Positions 8,147 through 17,587 of a stretch of 64,000 nt of DNA are shown here, piece after piece; within the stretch, counting starts at the first letter, position 1; the number at the start of each line of letters is the position of its first letter. Source of the stretch: Longimicrobiales bacterium (lineage in GTDB: Bacteria; Gemmatimonadota; Gemmatimonadetes; Longimicrobiales; Gaopeijiaceae); assembly GCA_965202985.1 (NCBI GenBank), contig CBDBCF010000001.1, positions 1,344,001-1,408,000 on the forward strand, in the 5' to 3' direction. A program made the position numbers and the translations under genes. The notes under the pieces are model-generated. The model searched no databases and had not been told where the DNA came from. It saw only the letters and a program-made list of their open reading frames with translations.

Positions 8147-10126
8147 CTACGCCTCCCGCCTCCTCGTCACCTTGATCTTGAAGTTCTTCGCGGGCCTCGG
8201 CGTGGGGATGTTGCTGACCTGGAGTTCGTAGTTCCGCGGGTGGAGTTCCATCTCCACGCCGTTCATCAAAACGGCCAGGATGAGCAGCGTCTGGAGATCG
8301 GCGAAGCCTGCGCCCAGGCAGCGATGCACGCCCACGCCGTAGGGAACGTATGCATGAGGCTGCCGGTGCTCGGCGCGCTCCGGCAGGTACCGGTCGACAT
8401 CGAAGCGCTGCGGTTCGGGGAAGTGCTCGGGCAGGTGATGGGTCGCCGCTTGCGGAAGGAACATGGGCGTGCCTGCGGACACGTGATAGCCCGCGAAGTC
8501 GAAGGAGTTGGCCGCGACCCGGAAGAGCACGGGGGCCGCCGGCCACATGCGCATCGACTCCATGATCAGGCGACGCGTGACATCCAGCTCAGCCAACTTG
8601 GCGGCCGACGGCCCGCCGGAAAAGAAAGCGTCTGCTTCCGCGACGACCTTTTCCTTCAGCTCCGGGTACTTCAGCGCGGCGTAGAGGTTGAAGGCGCACG
8701 TGTTGGCCACGGTCTCCATTCCCGCGAGGAAGGGAGCGATCGCCCAGCCGCTCATGTCGGTCTCGGGTATGAGCTGCGGGTCACGGCGGTTCAGGTCGAT
8801 CAGGTCGCTGATGAAATCGCCGGAGTCGTGGAACGGCCCGCCCGGCCCATGGGCCTCGAGGATCTCGTGCGCAACGGTCTCCACGCCGCCCTTCGCCTTC
8901 TTGAACCTGCTCGCGAACAGCAGCCATGGCAGCTGCTTGGTCACCTTGGTCTTCAGCAAGATGTCGAGCATCGTCGCCATGTCCTCGACCTGTTCGGAGG
9001 CCGACCGGTTCGCCAGAATCCTTCCCATCTGCTCGGCGACGACCTGCTGCAGGAACGGCAAAGGATGCAGGGGCCGGCCCACGGGCAGGGCGGCAACTTG
9101 CCGGTGCACGACTTCGTTGGCGAGGTCGAAGCACTGGTTGAAGCGGGGGCGACCCAGCGCGGGGGCGAACGCCTTGCGTATCGCGAAGTGCTCCTGCCCC
9201 TCCATGTTCAGCACGATCCTGTGCATGTTTAGGCCTTCGGCAAGCCCCTGGAACGGTTCTCTCGAGCTGAAGCAGCGCCGCCCCTGGCGGTTCACGAAGC
9301 GGTTCGCCTCCTCGCCCACCAGCACCAGAAGCGTCCTGCGCAGAATGCGAACCTCGAACATGGGACCCAGCTCCACGTACTGTTCGGCCAGGAAGCGCCC
9401 CAAGTCGATCGACGCCTCGCGGACGTTGCCGACGAACGGCAGCCCCTTGGCCATCGGCGGCTTCTTCAACCGCGGGCGCGGGGTCTTCTTCTCCTCGGAC
9501 TCGGACTCGCGCACGGCCCGGGTCACGGCTTGGCCGATCAGGTCGAGGCGACGCACCGTATCGATCCGCTCCCGCGCCTCTTCGAACTCCGCCTTGGCGA
9601 GCATCCCCTTGAAGACGCCGCAGGCGTCGGCCAAGCAGATGATCACCACGTCGCGCGGCCCGGGCACGTCGTCGCTGAATAGCACGCCCATGATGCGGAG
9701 GCGCACCTCTTGCTCCGCCTTGCCGCCCACGGTCGGGTAGCGCTTGGCCCGGGCCACCTTGGTCGTCGTTTCGATCGCGCCCTCGTCGGCGGACCGAATG
9801 ATGCCGGCCTCGACCAAGCGCTGGAGCGACGACGCCCGGATGCGCTCGCCGTCCTGCGCGAAGTGCCGCACCCAGTACTCGGGCGCACGCGGTTCGGGGT
9901 TCTCGGCCAAGCGCGCCAGCACCGGGTCCAGCACATCGTCGCCCAGAGGCGCGGAATCGACCACCGTCAGCTGCTGCAGGTCCGTGTCGATCCGGTTCTC
10001 GTGCGCCAAGTCCATGAGCACGGCGCCCGCCAGCACGTGGTTCAAGTCGCGCTCGGGCACGAGCGCCAAGCTGCCGGAGTCCTCGTCGATGAGGAGGAGA
10101 AGCAGCTCCTCGGCAAACCTCAGCAT
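8147..10126 (-). CDS. GPP34/GOLPH3-family domain fused to cytochrome P450
   Basis: N-terminus MLRFAEELLLLLIDE...LAGAVLMDLA..RI...LGDDVLD (GPP34-like). C-terminal P450 motifs: AGMET (I-helix), ESMR (ExxR), PQRF, YGVGVHRCLG (heme Cys). Confidence 0.85.
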   Translation of the reverse strand: MLRFAEELLLLLIDEDSGSLALVPERDLNHVLAGAVLMDLAHENRIDTDLQQLTVVDSAPLGDDVLDPVLARLAENPEPRAPEYWVRHFAQDGERIRASSLQRLVEAGIIRSADEGAIETTTKVARAKRYPTVGGKAEQEVRLRIMGVLFSDDVPGPRDVVIICLADACGVFKGMLAKAEFEEARERIDTVRRLDLIGQAVTRAVRESESEEKKTPRPRLKKPPMAKGLPFVGNVREASIDLGRFLAEQYVELGPMFEVRILRRTLLVLVGEEANRFVNRQGRRCFSSREPFQGLAEGLNMHRIVLNMEGQEHFAIRKAFAPALGRPRFNQCFDLANEVVHRQVAALPVGRPLHPLPFLQQVVAEQMGRILANRSASEQVEDMATMLDILLKTKVTKQLPWLLFASRFKKAKGGVETVAHEILEAHGPGGPFHDSGDFISDLIDLNRRDPQLIPETDMSGWAIAPFLAGMETVANTCAFNLYAALKYPELKEKVVAEADAFFSGGPSAAKLAELDVTRRLIMESMRMWPAAPVLFRVAANSFDFAGYHVSAGTPMFLPQAATHHLPEHFPEPQRFDVDRYLPERAEHRQPHAYVPYGVGVHRCLGAGFADLQTLLILAVLMNGVEMELHPRNYELQVSNIPTPRPAKNFKIKVTRRREA

Positions 10127-10139
10127 GTCCGTTCGCGCG

Positions 10140-11285
10140 TCATTCGGCGGCGGGGGGCGGCTCGTAGCCCCAAGCGTCCACTGCGAACCCCCACTCGTCG
10201 GTGATCCGGTCTATCGTCGCCTGCGGCAACGTGAAGCGGTTCTTGCGGTAGCCCGCCACCGTCTTCAGGTATGCCTCGATGCGTTCGCGGGCGACGCTCC
10301 AACCGGAGAGCTCCAGCTCCTCGTACACGCGCCCCAGCTCGCCCAGCGGATCCTTGTCCAGGTCTTCGTAGCGCACCTCGGCGAAGTGCCCGTCCGGAAT
10401 CAGCTCGCGGTCTCGCATGTACTTGGACATCAACAGCTTGTAGGTGTCGACAATGTGCTGCTCCACTTCGTCCCAGTCGTAGTCGTCCAGCTGGTACAGC
10501 GGCAGCATCGTGCGGTTGAGGTGCATCACCGAGGGGTAGACGGCGTACGGATTGCGGATGATGTGCAGGAACTTCGCGCCCGGGAAGAGGCGCGCCAAGT
10601 GGTCGGAGCGGGCGATATTGAGCGTGTTCCGCAGCATCGGGGGCTTGCCGCCGGAGTGGAGGACCACCTTTCGCACCTCGCGGACGTAGACGCGCTCCCA
10701 CTGGCGCAGCTCCCGCGCCGACAGGCTGCCGTCGGGAGAGCCGTCCGGCCCTGCGCCCATCATCACGTACTTGGCCACCGTCTCCCGAAACAGCTTGGGG
10801 AACGCCAGCTGGTGCACGGCCGACAGACGCGACATGGCGGCAACGGCCAGGTCCTCTTCCTGCGGCGAGTCCAGCGTGACCTTGACGTTGTCCATGGGCC
10901 GGGTCTGCTCGCCGGCGGCCTCCATGGCCTTCCGCAGGAGCCGCTTGATCCAGCCGCTCGCAACGAACGAGAACGGCGCCGCCACGCACTGGAAGGTGTT
11001 GAAGTAGCCCCACTGCGGATCCTGGGCGAGCAGGTACTGCAGGTGCGTCGAGCCCGTGCGCGGGAAGCCCAGGACGAAGAACGGCGGCTTGTCGATGGGC
11101 GTCCTGGCGATCTTCCTCGAGAACGCCACCCGCTCGGCCAGCCGCAACGGGGTCGTCGTCGTGGACAACGCGAGGATGCCGGCGAACTTCCGCCAGTACC
11201 GGCGCGGAATGCCGCCGTTGTCCCAGACGAGGCGCAGCCAAAGGAGGGGGGATGCGAAGGTTGCAGGGTGAAAGTCGTCCTTCAT
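10140..11285 (-). CDS. PAPS-dependent sulfotransferase (Sulfotransfer_3 type)
   Basis: PFFVLGFPRTGSTHLQYLL (5'-PSB loop), RPMDN..SPQEED, FLHIIRNPYAVYPS (3'-PB), VRYEDL. ATG 11285. Confidence 0.88.
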   Translation of the reverse strand: MKDDFHPATFASPLLWLRLVWDNGGIPRRYWRKFAGILALSTTTTPLRLAERVAFSRKIARTPIDKPPFFVLGFPRTGSTHLQYLLAQDPQWGYFNTFQCVAAPFSFVASGWIKRLLRKAMEAAGEQTRPMDNVKVTLDSPQEEDLAVAAMSRLSAVHQLAFPKLFRETVAKYVMMGAGPDGSPDGSLSARELRQWERVYVREVRKVVLHSGGKPPMLRNTLNIARSDHLARLFPGAKFLHIIRNPYAVYPSVMHLNRTMLPLYQLDDYDWDEVEQHIVDTYKLLMSKYMRDRELIPDGHFAEVRYEDLDKDPLGELGRVYEELELSGWSVARERIEAYLKTVAGYRKNRFTLPQATIDRITDEWGFAVDAWGYEPPPAAE

Positions 11286-11290
11286 GTCAG

Positions 11291-12985
11291 TCAGGCCTCG
11301 TGTGTGGTTGCTCCGCCGGCGACGGTGCGCAGGACGGGGATTTCCTTGATGGCGCCGGGATCGGCGTCGTGGGGATCGGAGGCCAGCGCCACGAAGTCCG
11401 CCAGCTTGCCCGCGGCGATCGACCCCTTGTCGTGCTCCTCGAACGACGCGAACGCGCCGCCCATAGTGCAGATGCGCAGCGCTTCGCCCACGCCGATCCG
11501 CTGGCTCGCGCCCCACACGCGGCCGTCGAAGTCCGTGCGGGTCACCATGCTCTGAACGGCCATGAGGGGCTCGTAGGGACCGGGCGTGTAGTCCGACGCC
11601 GGCGCCACAGGGATTCCGTGGTCCAGAAACGACCGGTGAGCGAACATCCACTCCATCTTCTCGGGACCGTACTCCACCCACTTGTTGCCGTGATAGTGGA
11701 CGTAGGTGTAGAAGGGCGTGGGCACGACTCCCGCGGCCTTGATCCGCCGGAGCAGGTCCGGGTTGACCAGGGAGCAGTGCTCGATCCGATGGCGCGGGTC
11801 GGGCCGGGGCCAGCGGTCCTGGACTCGCTCGTAGGCGTTCAGCACAATGTCGATGGCGATGTCGCCGTTGGCGTGGATGCCGACCTGCCAGCCCGAGCGG
11901 TGGGCTTCCTCCACCACTTCGTGAACCTCTTCCTGGCTCATGGTGAGGATGCCGTAGTCGCCGGGGCGGCCCACGTAGGGCGTGCTCATGCGCATCGTGC
12001 GCTCCGAGGCCGATCCGTCGGCGCCGTACTTGACGGGCCCGACCCGCAGCCACTCGTCGCCGAAGCCCGTGGCCACGCCGGCCCGGCGCAAGTCCTGGTA
12101 CGGACCACGCACGAGCATGTAGACGCGGCAGCGCAGTTCGCCAGCGGCGTAGGCGGCCTGATAGGCCTTGAGGCTGGCGGCCGACGTGCCGGCGTCGTGA
12201 AAGGAAGTCAGTCCGGCCTGCGCCATCAGTCGGGTGATCAGGGCCACGCCGGCTTGGCGGTCGTCGTCGGTGTGGGTGTTGGGGATCAGCGAGCGGAAGA
12301 CGTAGTTGGCCCGCTCGGCGACCAAGCCCGTGAGCGCGCCGTCCTCGCGGTAGAACTTGCCCCCGTCGGGGTCGGGCGTGTCGGCGTCCACCCCGGCCAG
12401 GGCGAAGGCTCGGGAGTTGTACACGCTGGTGTGGCCGCCCCGGTGTCCCACCACCGCAGGATGGTCCGGGACCGCTTCGTCCAGGTCCAGCCGGTTCAGA
12501 GGCCGCCCTTCGGCCAGCTTGGTGTCGTCGTACTTGAAGCCGACGACCCACTCGCCGGACGGAGTCTGCCGCGCCCGCTCGGCCATCCGGTCCTTGATCT
12601 CGGCTACGCTTCGGACGTCCACATTCACGTCCTTCAGCTCCCGAACGCCGGCCCCCGCCGGGTGCGTGTGGGCGTCGACGAACCCGGGGACGATTGCGGC
12701 GTCGCCGTGGTCGATCACCCGCGTCCCGGCGCCCCGCAGGTTCTCCACGTCTGCCCGGGAGCCCACCGCCACGAAGCGGTCGTCCTTCACTGCAAAGGAC
12801 TCGGCTCTGGGGTTGGCGTCGTCCATCGTGTGGATCGTTCCGCCGTGGACGATCAGGTCCGGGGGCGCGCCTCCTCCTCCATCAAGGCCGCCGCGGGCTC
12901 GGCCGCCGGATCCGCACCCGGTCGCCAACCCTGCGCCGGCACCGGCGGACAGCCCCAGGAACCGGCTTCTGGTGATTCGCGTCAT
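11291..12985 (-). CDS. Amidohydrolase 3 family (YtcJ-like), Tat/lipoprotein signal
   Basis: TRSRFLGL...ATGC signal; PGFVDAHTH, KYGADGS, IHANGD, RHRIEHCS, ASDY, GSIAAGKLADFV. Confidence 0.9.
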   Translation of the reverse strand: MTRITRSRFLGLSAGAGAGLATGCGSGGRARGGLDGGGGAPPDLIVHGGTIHTMDDANPRAESFAVKDDRFVAVGSRADVENLRGAGTRVIDHGDAAIVPGFVDAHTHPAGAGVRELKDVNVDVRSVAEIKDRMAERARQTPSGEWVVGFKYDDTKLAEGRPLNRLDLDEAVPDHPAVVGHRGGHTSVYNSRAFALAGVDADTPDPDGGKFYREDGALTGLVAERANYVFRSLIPNTHTDDDRQAGVALITRLMAQAGLTSFHDAGTSAASLKAYQAAYAAGELRCRVYMLVRGPYQDLRRAGVATGFGDEWLRVGPVKYGADGSASERTMRMSTPYVGRPGDYGILTMSQEEVHEVVEEAHRSGWQVGIHANGDIAIDIVLNAYERVQDRWPRPDPRHRIEHCSLVNPDLLRRIKAAGVVPTPFYTYVHYHGNKWVEYGPEKMEWMFAHRSFLDHGIPVAPASDYTPGPYEPLMAVQSMVTRTDFDGRVWGASQRIGVGEALRICTMGGAFASFEEHDKGSIAAGKLADFVALASDPHDADPGAIKEIPVLRTVAGGATTHEA

Positions 12986-13325
12986 CAAGCTTCTCTTGCC
13001 TGGAATGGAAGAGTCCACCGACCATGCCCGCCGCCGCGCCCCGCCTAGAGAGTACCACCGGGGCCAGTGCCGCCGCCAGCCCGAACCTAACCGCGACTGC
13101 TTCCACGATGGCATCATCCGCTGGACAATGACGCGACCGACGTGGGCCGCCGTGGTGGGCGTGACCGGGGGCTGCACGGCTACGTGAGCGAGCCCGAGCG
13201 CGGTCGGCGGAGCTGGAAGAAGGGCAGGGAAGCCCAGAAAGCCGGTCTATGCGAACCGGCGGCGGGTCCGGGGCGAGCGCCTCTTGGGACCGCTTCAACG
13301 CGCCAAAACCCGTTTATAGGGCATA

Positions 13326-14390
13326 TCAGTCGCCAACAGGGAGTTCCCACAAGCGAAGAGTCGGGAACAAGTCGTTCTCCAGAGTCGCAAGCCGACCGTC
13401 TGCCAGAACCGTGATCGCGTCCACGTCGCGTGGGAACAAGTAGGATCCAAGGTACTCGCCGCCTTGCGTCGAATATGTGTCCACCACACGCCCTGCATGG
13501 CTAGTGGACCCAAAGTACAGCACGTAAATCCGGGACGTGGTGGCCGCTGCTCCCCGCGCCGCCCTCACAGCCTTGGGGTCGACCTTGAATCCAGTGCCGG
13601 TCCAACCGGGCCCCGATGCGCTCACTGCAACGACTTCGGGAAAAGGGATCGCCTCTACGCCATCTGCGAGAACGCCTACGCTGCCGTCGGCTTCCAAGAT
13701 GATCATCTGGCTGGACCAGCGGAAATAGACTGCCGCACGGCCGCCCGGTATTTCTGCGGCCCAGCCCTCGCCGGCCAAGTCATGATCGAACGCCATCTGC
13801 GCTGGCATGAGCACGGTCCGGCGCCGAACACCGGTCTTGGAAAACGACGTCCACAAGGTGTCTCGCTTGTTCGTGTGCGGCACGACGGCGAAGTGTCCTG
13901 GGTCAAAGGACGGGGGCAACAGGGACGCCGGCAGCCCACCCGGAACGGGCACGGTTGCGAGAAGTTCCCCTGCCGAGCTGACGACCGTAATCCGGCGATT
14001 CCACGGATCAAGGACGTGAAGGCTCCCGTCTTCGTCGAACTGCAAGTCGATAAAGGCCAAGAATTCTCCAGGCCCCGGACCGTTGCGTCCGAACTTCCAG
14101 ACGAGTTCGCCGGCGGCGGACACCTCGCGGATCGAGAAGTCTCCCCAGTCGGTCACCACCAGCCCTCCGCGTGGACTGCGCTGGATCTGCAGAGGACGTG
14201 TCCCAAGGAGAGTCCCATCGACATCCTCCCAGGCGGCGACTTCCACGGGGGTTGGCAACCATCGACGCTGAGCGTCCAGTGCGGCGACCGGGCCTAAGAG
14301 CGTCATGCCTCCGAACGCCGTGCACCAAGTCGCCGCTGCAGCGGTTCTCAGAATGGGGCCAGCCCTCCTTCCTTGTACCCCTCCCAGCAT
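13326..14390 (-). CDS. Secreted six-bladed beta-propeller (NHL-like) protein
   Basis: Signal-like N-terminus; FGRNGPGPGEF, LHVLDPWNRRITVVS, VVDTYS..GEYLGSY repeats. Confidence 0.7.
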   Translation of the reverse strand: MLGGVQGRRAGPILRTAAAATWCTAFGGMTLLGPVAALDAQRRWLPTPVEVAAWEDVDGTLLGTRPLQIQRSPRGGLVVTDWGDFSIREVSAAGELVWKFGRNGPGPGEFLAFIDLQFDEDGSLHVLDPWNRRITVVSSAGELLATVPVPGGLPASLLPPSFDPGHFAVVPHTNKRDTLWTSFSKTGVRRRTVLMPAQMAFDHDLAGEGWAAEIPGGRAAVYFRWSSQMIILEADGSVGVLADGVEAIPFPEVVAVSASGPGWTGTGFKVDPKAVRAARGAAATTSRIYVLYFGSTSHAGRVVDTYSTQGGEYLGSYLFPRDVDAITVLADGRLATLENDLFPTLRLWELPVGD

Positions 14391-14580
14391 GTCCAGCGGT
14401 TCATGCTGTCGTCCTGTCTAGAGATGTGACCGCTGTGTACTTGGTAAAAGCTTTCAAGAGCCCGAAAATGCGGATCAGTTTTTGGCACACGAGAGTTGGG
14501 GCCGCCGGCAAAGGCGCTTGACCATCGAGGCTGGCCCGCAGGAAGCGCTCCCCGGCAAGCTGCCTGGGCCGCAACCCGCG

Positions 14581-16089
14581 TCACGGCGTTCTTCGCCGGA
14601 AGGGGTCTCCCACAACGCGGCGCACATCCGCCAGCACGGTGGCGGCGTCGGGCGGGGGCTTGGTCAGCAGGCTGACGACGACCGTCAGCAGAAACCCGAC
14701 CGCGAAGCCCGGGATCATTTCGTACAGGTCGTAGAAGCGCGCCTTAAGGGGCGTCACGACCCAGACGATCGCGGTGGCGAAGCCGCCGATCATGCCCGCC
14801 ACGGCGCCGGCCCGCGTGGTGCCGGCCCAGAACAGCGAGCACAGCACGACGGGCGTGAACGCCGAGGCCAAGCCCGCCCAAGCGAAGAGCACGAACCAGA
14901 AGATCAGGCGGCTCTCGGGCAAGGCGAAGGCCAGTCCGCCAAGGCCGATCACGACAGTCAGGACTCGTCCGACAGCCGCAAGCCGTCGTTCGGGTAGGCT
15001 CGGGGCGACGACCTTCTGGACCACGTCGCGCACCACTGCGGACGAGGCCAGGATCAGCAGCGAATCCACGGTGGACATGATCGCCGCGATCACCACCACC
15101 AGGACCAGACCGGCCACGACCGCCGGGAACAGTTGCGTGGCCATGGCAGGCAGCACGGTCTCGGGGTCGGCCAGCCCCGGAAACAGATGGCGTCCGGCGA
15201 TTCCGGCCAAGACCGCTCCGACATCGAAGACCACGATGCACAGGACGGCGATGAGGCCGCCCCCGGCGATCTGGCGTCGGTCGCGCGCCGACATGAACCG
15301 GGTCAGCAGCTGCGGCGCGCCCAGGAACGCGAGGCCGATCCCCGCGAAGCTGACGGCGCTGACCACGCCCTGCAGGGTCCATCCGTGTTCGCCCATGGGC
15401 CGCAGAAGCGCCGGGTCCGCCTGTCCGACGCTGGCCATGAGGGCGCTCCAGCCTCCGGCGTGCCATATGCCCGCCACCGGAAGCACCAGCAGGCACAGGA
15501 ACATGAGCACGCCTTGAACCAGGTCGCTGTACGCCACGGCCTTGAAGCCGCCGATGCTGGTGTACAGGAAGATCACGGCGGCTCCGACGAGCACGCCCGT
15601 GCCGTAGCCGGTCCCCAGGAACGACTCGAACGTCTTGCCCGCGACCGTCAGCTGGGCGGCGGTGTAGGCCACGACCATGGTGAAGATGATGACGGCGCTG
15701 ATCAGCCGCAGCACATGGCGGCGGTCCTGGAACCGGTCCGACAGGTAGTCGGGCACGGTGATGGCGTCGCATCGGTCGGTGTGCTCCTTGAACGGCCGGG
15801 CCACCAGCGTCCACGCCAAGGCAACGCCCAGGACTTCGCCCAGGACCACCCACATGGCGTGGAACCCCACCAGATAGCCCATCCCCGTCAGCCCCAGCAG
15901 CAACCAGCCGCTCTCGCCCGTGGTGTTGGCGGAGAACGCGATCACCCACGACGGCAGCTTCTTGCCGGCCACGTAGAAGCCGGCCACCGAGCGGTTCTCG
16001 CGACTGGCCCACCACGCGATGCCGACGAGCACCAGGAAGTAGGCGGCCAGCACCGCGACGATCGTGGCGCGGCCGTCGGGGTTGCTCAC
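14581..16089 (-). CDS. Sodium:solute symporter (PutP-like)
   Basis: FYVAGKKLPSWVIAFSANTTGESGWLLLGLTG, YTSIGGFKAVAYSDLVQG, AAIMSTVDSLL; many TM helices. GTG 16089. Confidence 0.9.
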   Translation of the reverse strand: MSNPDGRATIVAVLAAYFLVLVGIAWWASRENRSVAGFYVAGKKLPSWVIAFSANTTGESGWLLLGLTGMGYLVGFHAMWVVLGEVLGVALAWTLVARPFKEHTDRCDAITVPDYLSDRFQDRRHVLRLISAVIIFTMVVAYTAAQLTVAGKTFESFLGTGYGTGVLVGAAVIFLYTSIGGFKAVAYSDLVQGVLMFLCLLVLPVAGIWHAGGWSALMASVGQADPALLRPMGEHGWTLQGVVSAVSFAGIGLAFLGAPQLLTRFMSARDRRQIAGGGLIAVLCIVVFDVGAVLAGIAGRHLFPGLADPETVLPAMATQLFPAVVAGLVLVVVIAAIMSTVDSLLILASSAVVRDVVQKVVAPSLPERRLAAVGRVLTVVIGLGGLAFALPESRLIFWFVLFAWAGLASAFTPVVLCSLFWAGTTRAGAVAGMIGGFATAIVWVVTPLKARFYDLYEMIPGFAVGFLLTVVVSLLTKPPPDAATVLADVRRVVGDPFRRRTP

Positions 16090-16202
16090 CGACCGGCGTC
16101 TCGGCGGCCATGCGCCCAGTACGCCGCGAAGCCCATGACCAGCCCGGGCACGGTTGCCGCCAGCATCAGGAGCCAAGCGCCCCAAGGGAGTCCGGCGATC
16201 AC
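16086..16202 (-). CDS. Small single-pass membrane protein (38 aa) coupled to the SSS transporter
   Basis: Manual translation: VIAGLPWGAWLLMLAATVPGLVMGFAAYWAHGRRDAGR*. GTGA overlaps with both neighbours exactly fill the gap. Confidence 0.7.
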   Translation of the reverse strand: MIAGLPWGAWLLMLAATVPGLVMGFAAYWAHGRRDAGR

Positions 16203-17587
16203 GAAGCCGCCCCGGCAGCGTCGCAAGCGGCGTCGCAGGCTCTGGACAGGCGCCGCAGCACCTCGTCCACCTCGTCTTCCGCGATCAGCAGGGACGGGCC
16301 CAGCCGGATCACGTGGCCGTGCAGCCCGCCGACGCCGATCAGCAGCCCCTGGGCCTTGGCCGCTTCCAGCAGCGCGGCCGCCAAGCCCGGCGCCGGCGTC
16401 TTGGACGACGGGTCCTCGACCAGCTCCAGCGCCTGCATGAGGCCCATGCCACGAACCTCGCCGATCCAGGCGTGCCGACGTCCCAGCGCGTTCAGCCCTG
16501 CGCGCAACTGTCGGCCGCGCTCGTGGGCGCGAGCCGGGACGTCGTCGGCTTCCATGACCCGCAAGGCCGCCGCCATGCCAGCCATGCAGATCGGGTTGCC
16601 GCCGAAGGTGGACAGGGTCTTGCCCCGCCAGCTGGCCGCCACTTCTTCGGATGCCGTGACCGCGCCCACGGGCAGTCCGGCGCCGATGCCCTTGGCGGTC
16701 ACCATCAGGTCCGGGACCACGTCCCAGTGCTCAATCCCGAACCAACGCCCCCCGGTTCGGCCAAAGCCCGACTGGACCTCGTCGCTGACGAAGACGCCGC
16801 CGTAGGAGCGGATCGTCTCGGCCATGCGCTGGAAGTAGCCCCGGGGCGGCACGATGTAGCCCCCAACGCCCTGGATCGTCTCGGCGATCAGCGCCGCCGG
16901 GCGGCCGTTTGTGGTCGTCTCCACGACCTCGGCCAAGTCGCGGGCGTAGATCTCGGCCAGCTCTTCGTCGCTGCGGGGGCCGAAGGGCGCCCGGTAGGGG
17001 TAGGGCGCCAGCGCGTGGACGATCCCCGTCTGGGTGCTGGGCAGGACGCGCCATGGCGCATGGGCCGTCGCGGAGGCCGCCAAGCTGGTGCGTCCGTGGT
17101 AAGCGTGCCGGAGCGCCACCACCTCGGTGCGCCCGGTGTGCAGGCGCGCCGCCGCCAGGGCGGTTTCGATCGCTTCGGTGCCGCTGTTGAGGAAGAAGGT
17201 CCGGCTCAGGTTCCCCGGCGCCAGCCGCGCAAGCGCCTCCGCGGCCTCCACTTGGGGTTCGTTCGCGTACAGCGTGGACACGTGGCCTAGGCGGCCGGCC
17301 TGCTCCCGCACCGCCGCCACCACTTCCGGGTGACAGTGTCCCAACGAGGTGGTAAGGATGCCGGCGAAGGCGTCCAGGTATTCGCGGCCGTCGGCGTCCT
17401 TGACCCAGCATCCGGCGCCTTCGGCCAAGGCCAAGGGCTCCTGGTAGAGAGGCTTCACGCAGTCGAAGAGGACCGCGCGCTGGCGCTCGAGCAGCGAGGC
17501 CGAGGCCGCTCCCGCCGCCGAAAGCGCTTCGGTTCCCGTCGACGCGGTCGTCACGCCGGATTCGCCGGTCGCCACGCCCGCGCTCAC
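16199..17587 (-). CDS. Class III PLP aminotransferase (beta-alanine/AGXT2-like)
   Basis: YLDAFAGILTTSLGHCHP, FFLNSGTEA, AYHGRT, ETIQGVGG, DEVQSGFGRTG, TAKGIGAG, STFGGNP. GTG start overlaps the mmsA stop. Confidence 0.9.
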   Translation of the reverse strand: MSAGVATGESGVTTASTGTEALSAAGAASASLLERQRAVLFDCVKPLYQEPLALAEGAGCWVKDADGREYLDAFAGILTTSLGHCHPEVVAAVREQAGRLGHVSTLYANEPQVEAAEALARLAPGNLSRTFFLNSGTEAIETALAAARLHTGRTEVVALRHAYHGRTSLAASATAHAPWRVLPSTQTGIVHALAPYPYRAPFGPRSDEELAEIYARDLAEVVETTTNGRPAALIAETIQGVGGYIVPPRGYFQRMAETIRSYGGVFVSDEVQSGFGRTGGRWFGIEHWDVVPDLMVTAKGIGAGLPVGAVTASEEVAASWRGKTLSTFGGNPICMAGMAAALRVMEADDVPARAHERGRQLRAGLNALGRRHAWIGEVRGMGLMQALELVEDPSSKTPAPGLAAALLEAAKAQGLLIGVGGLHGHVIRLGPSLLIAEDEVDEVLRRLSRACDAACDAAGAAS

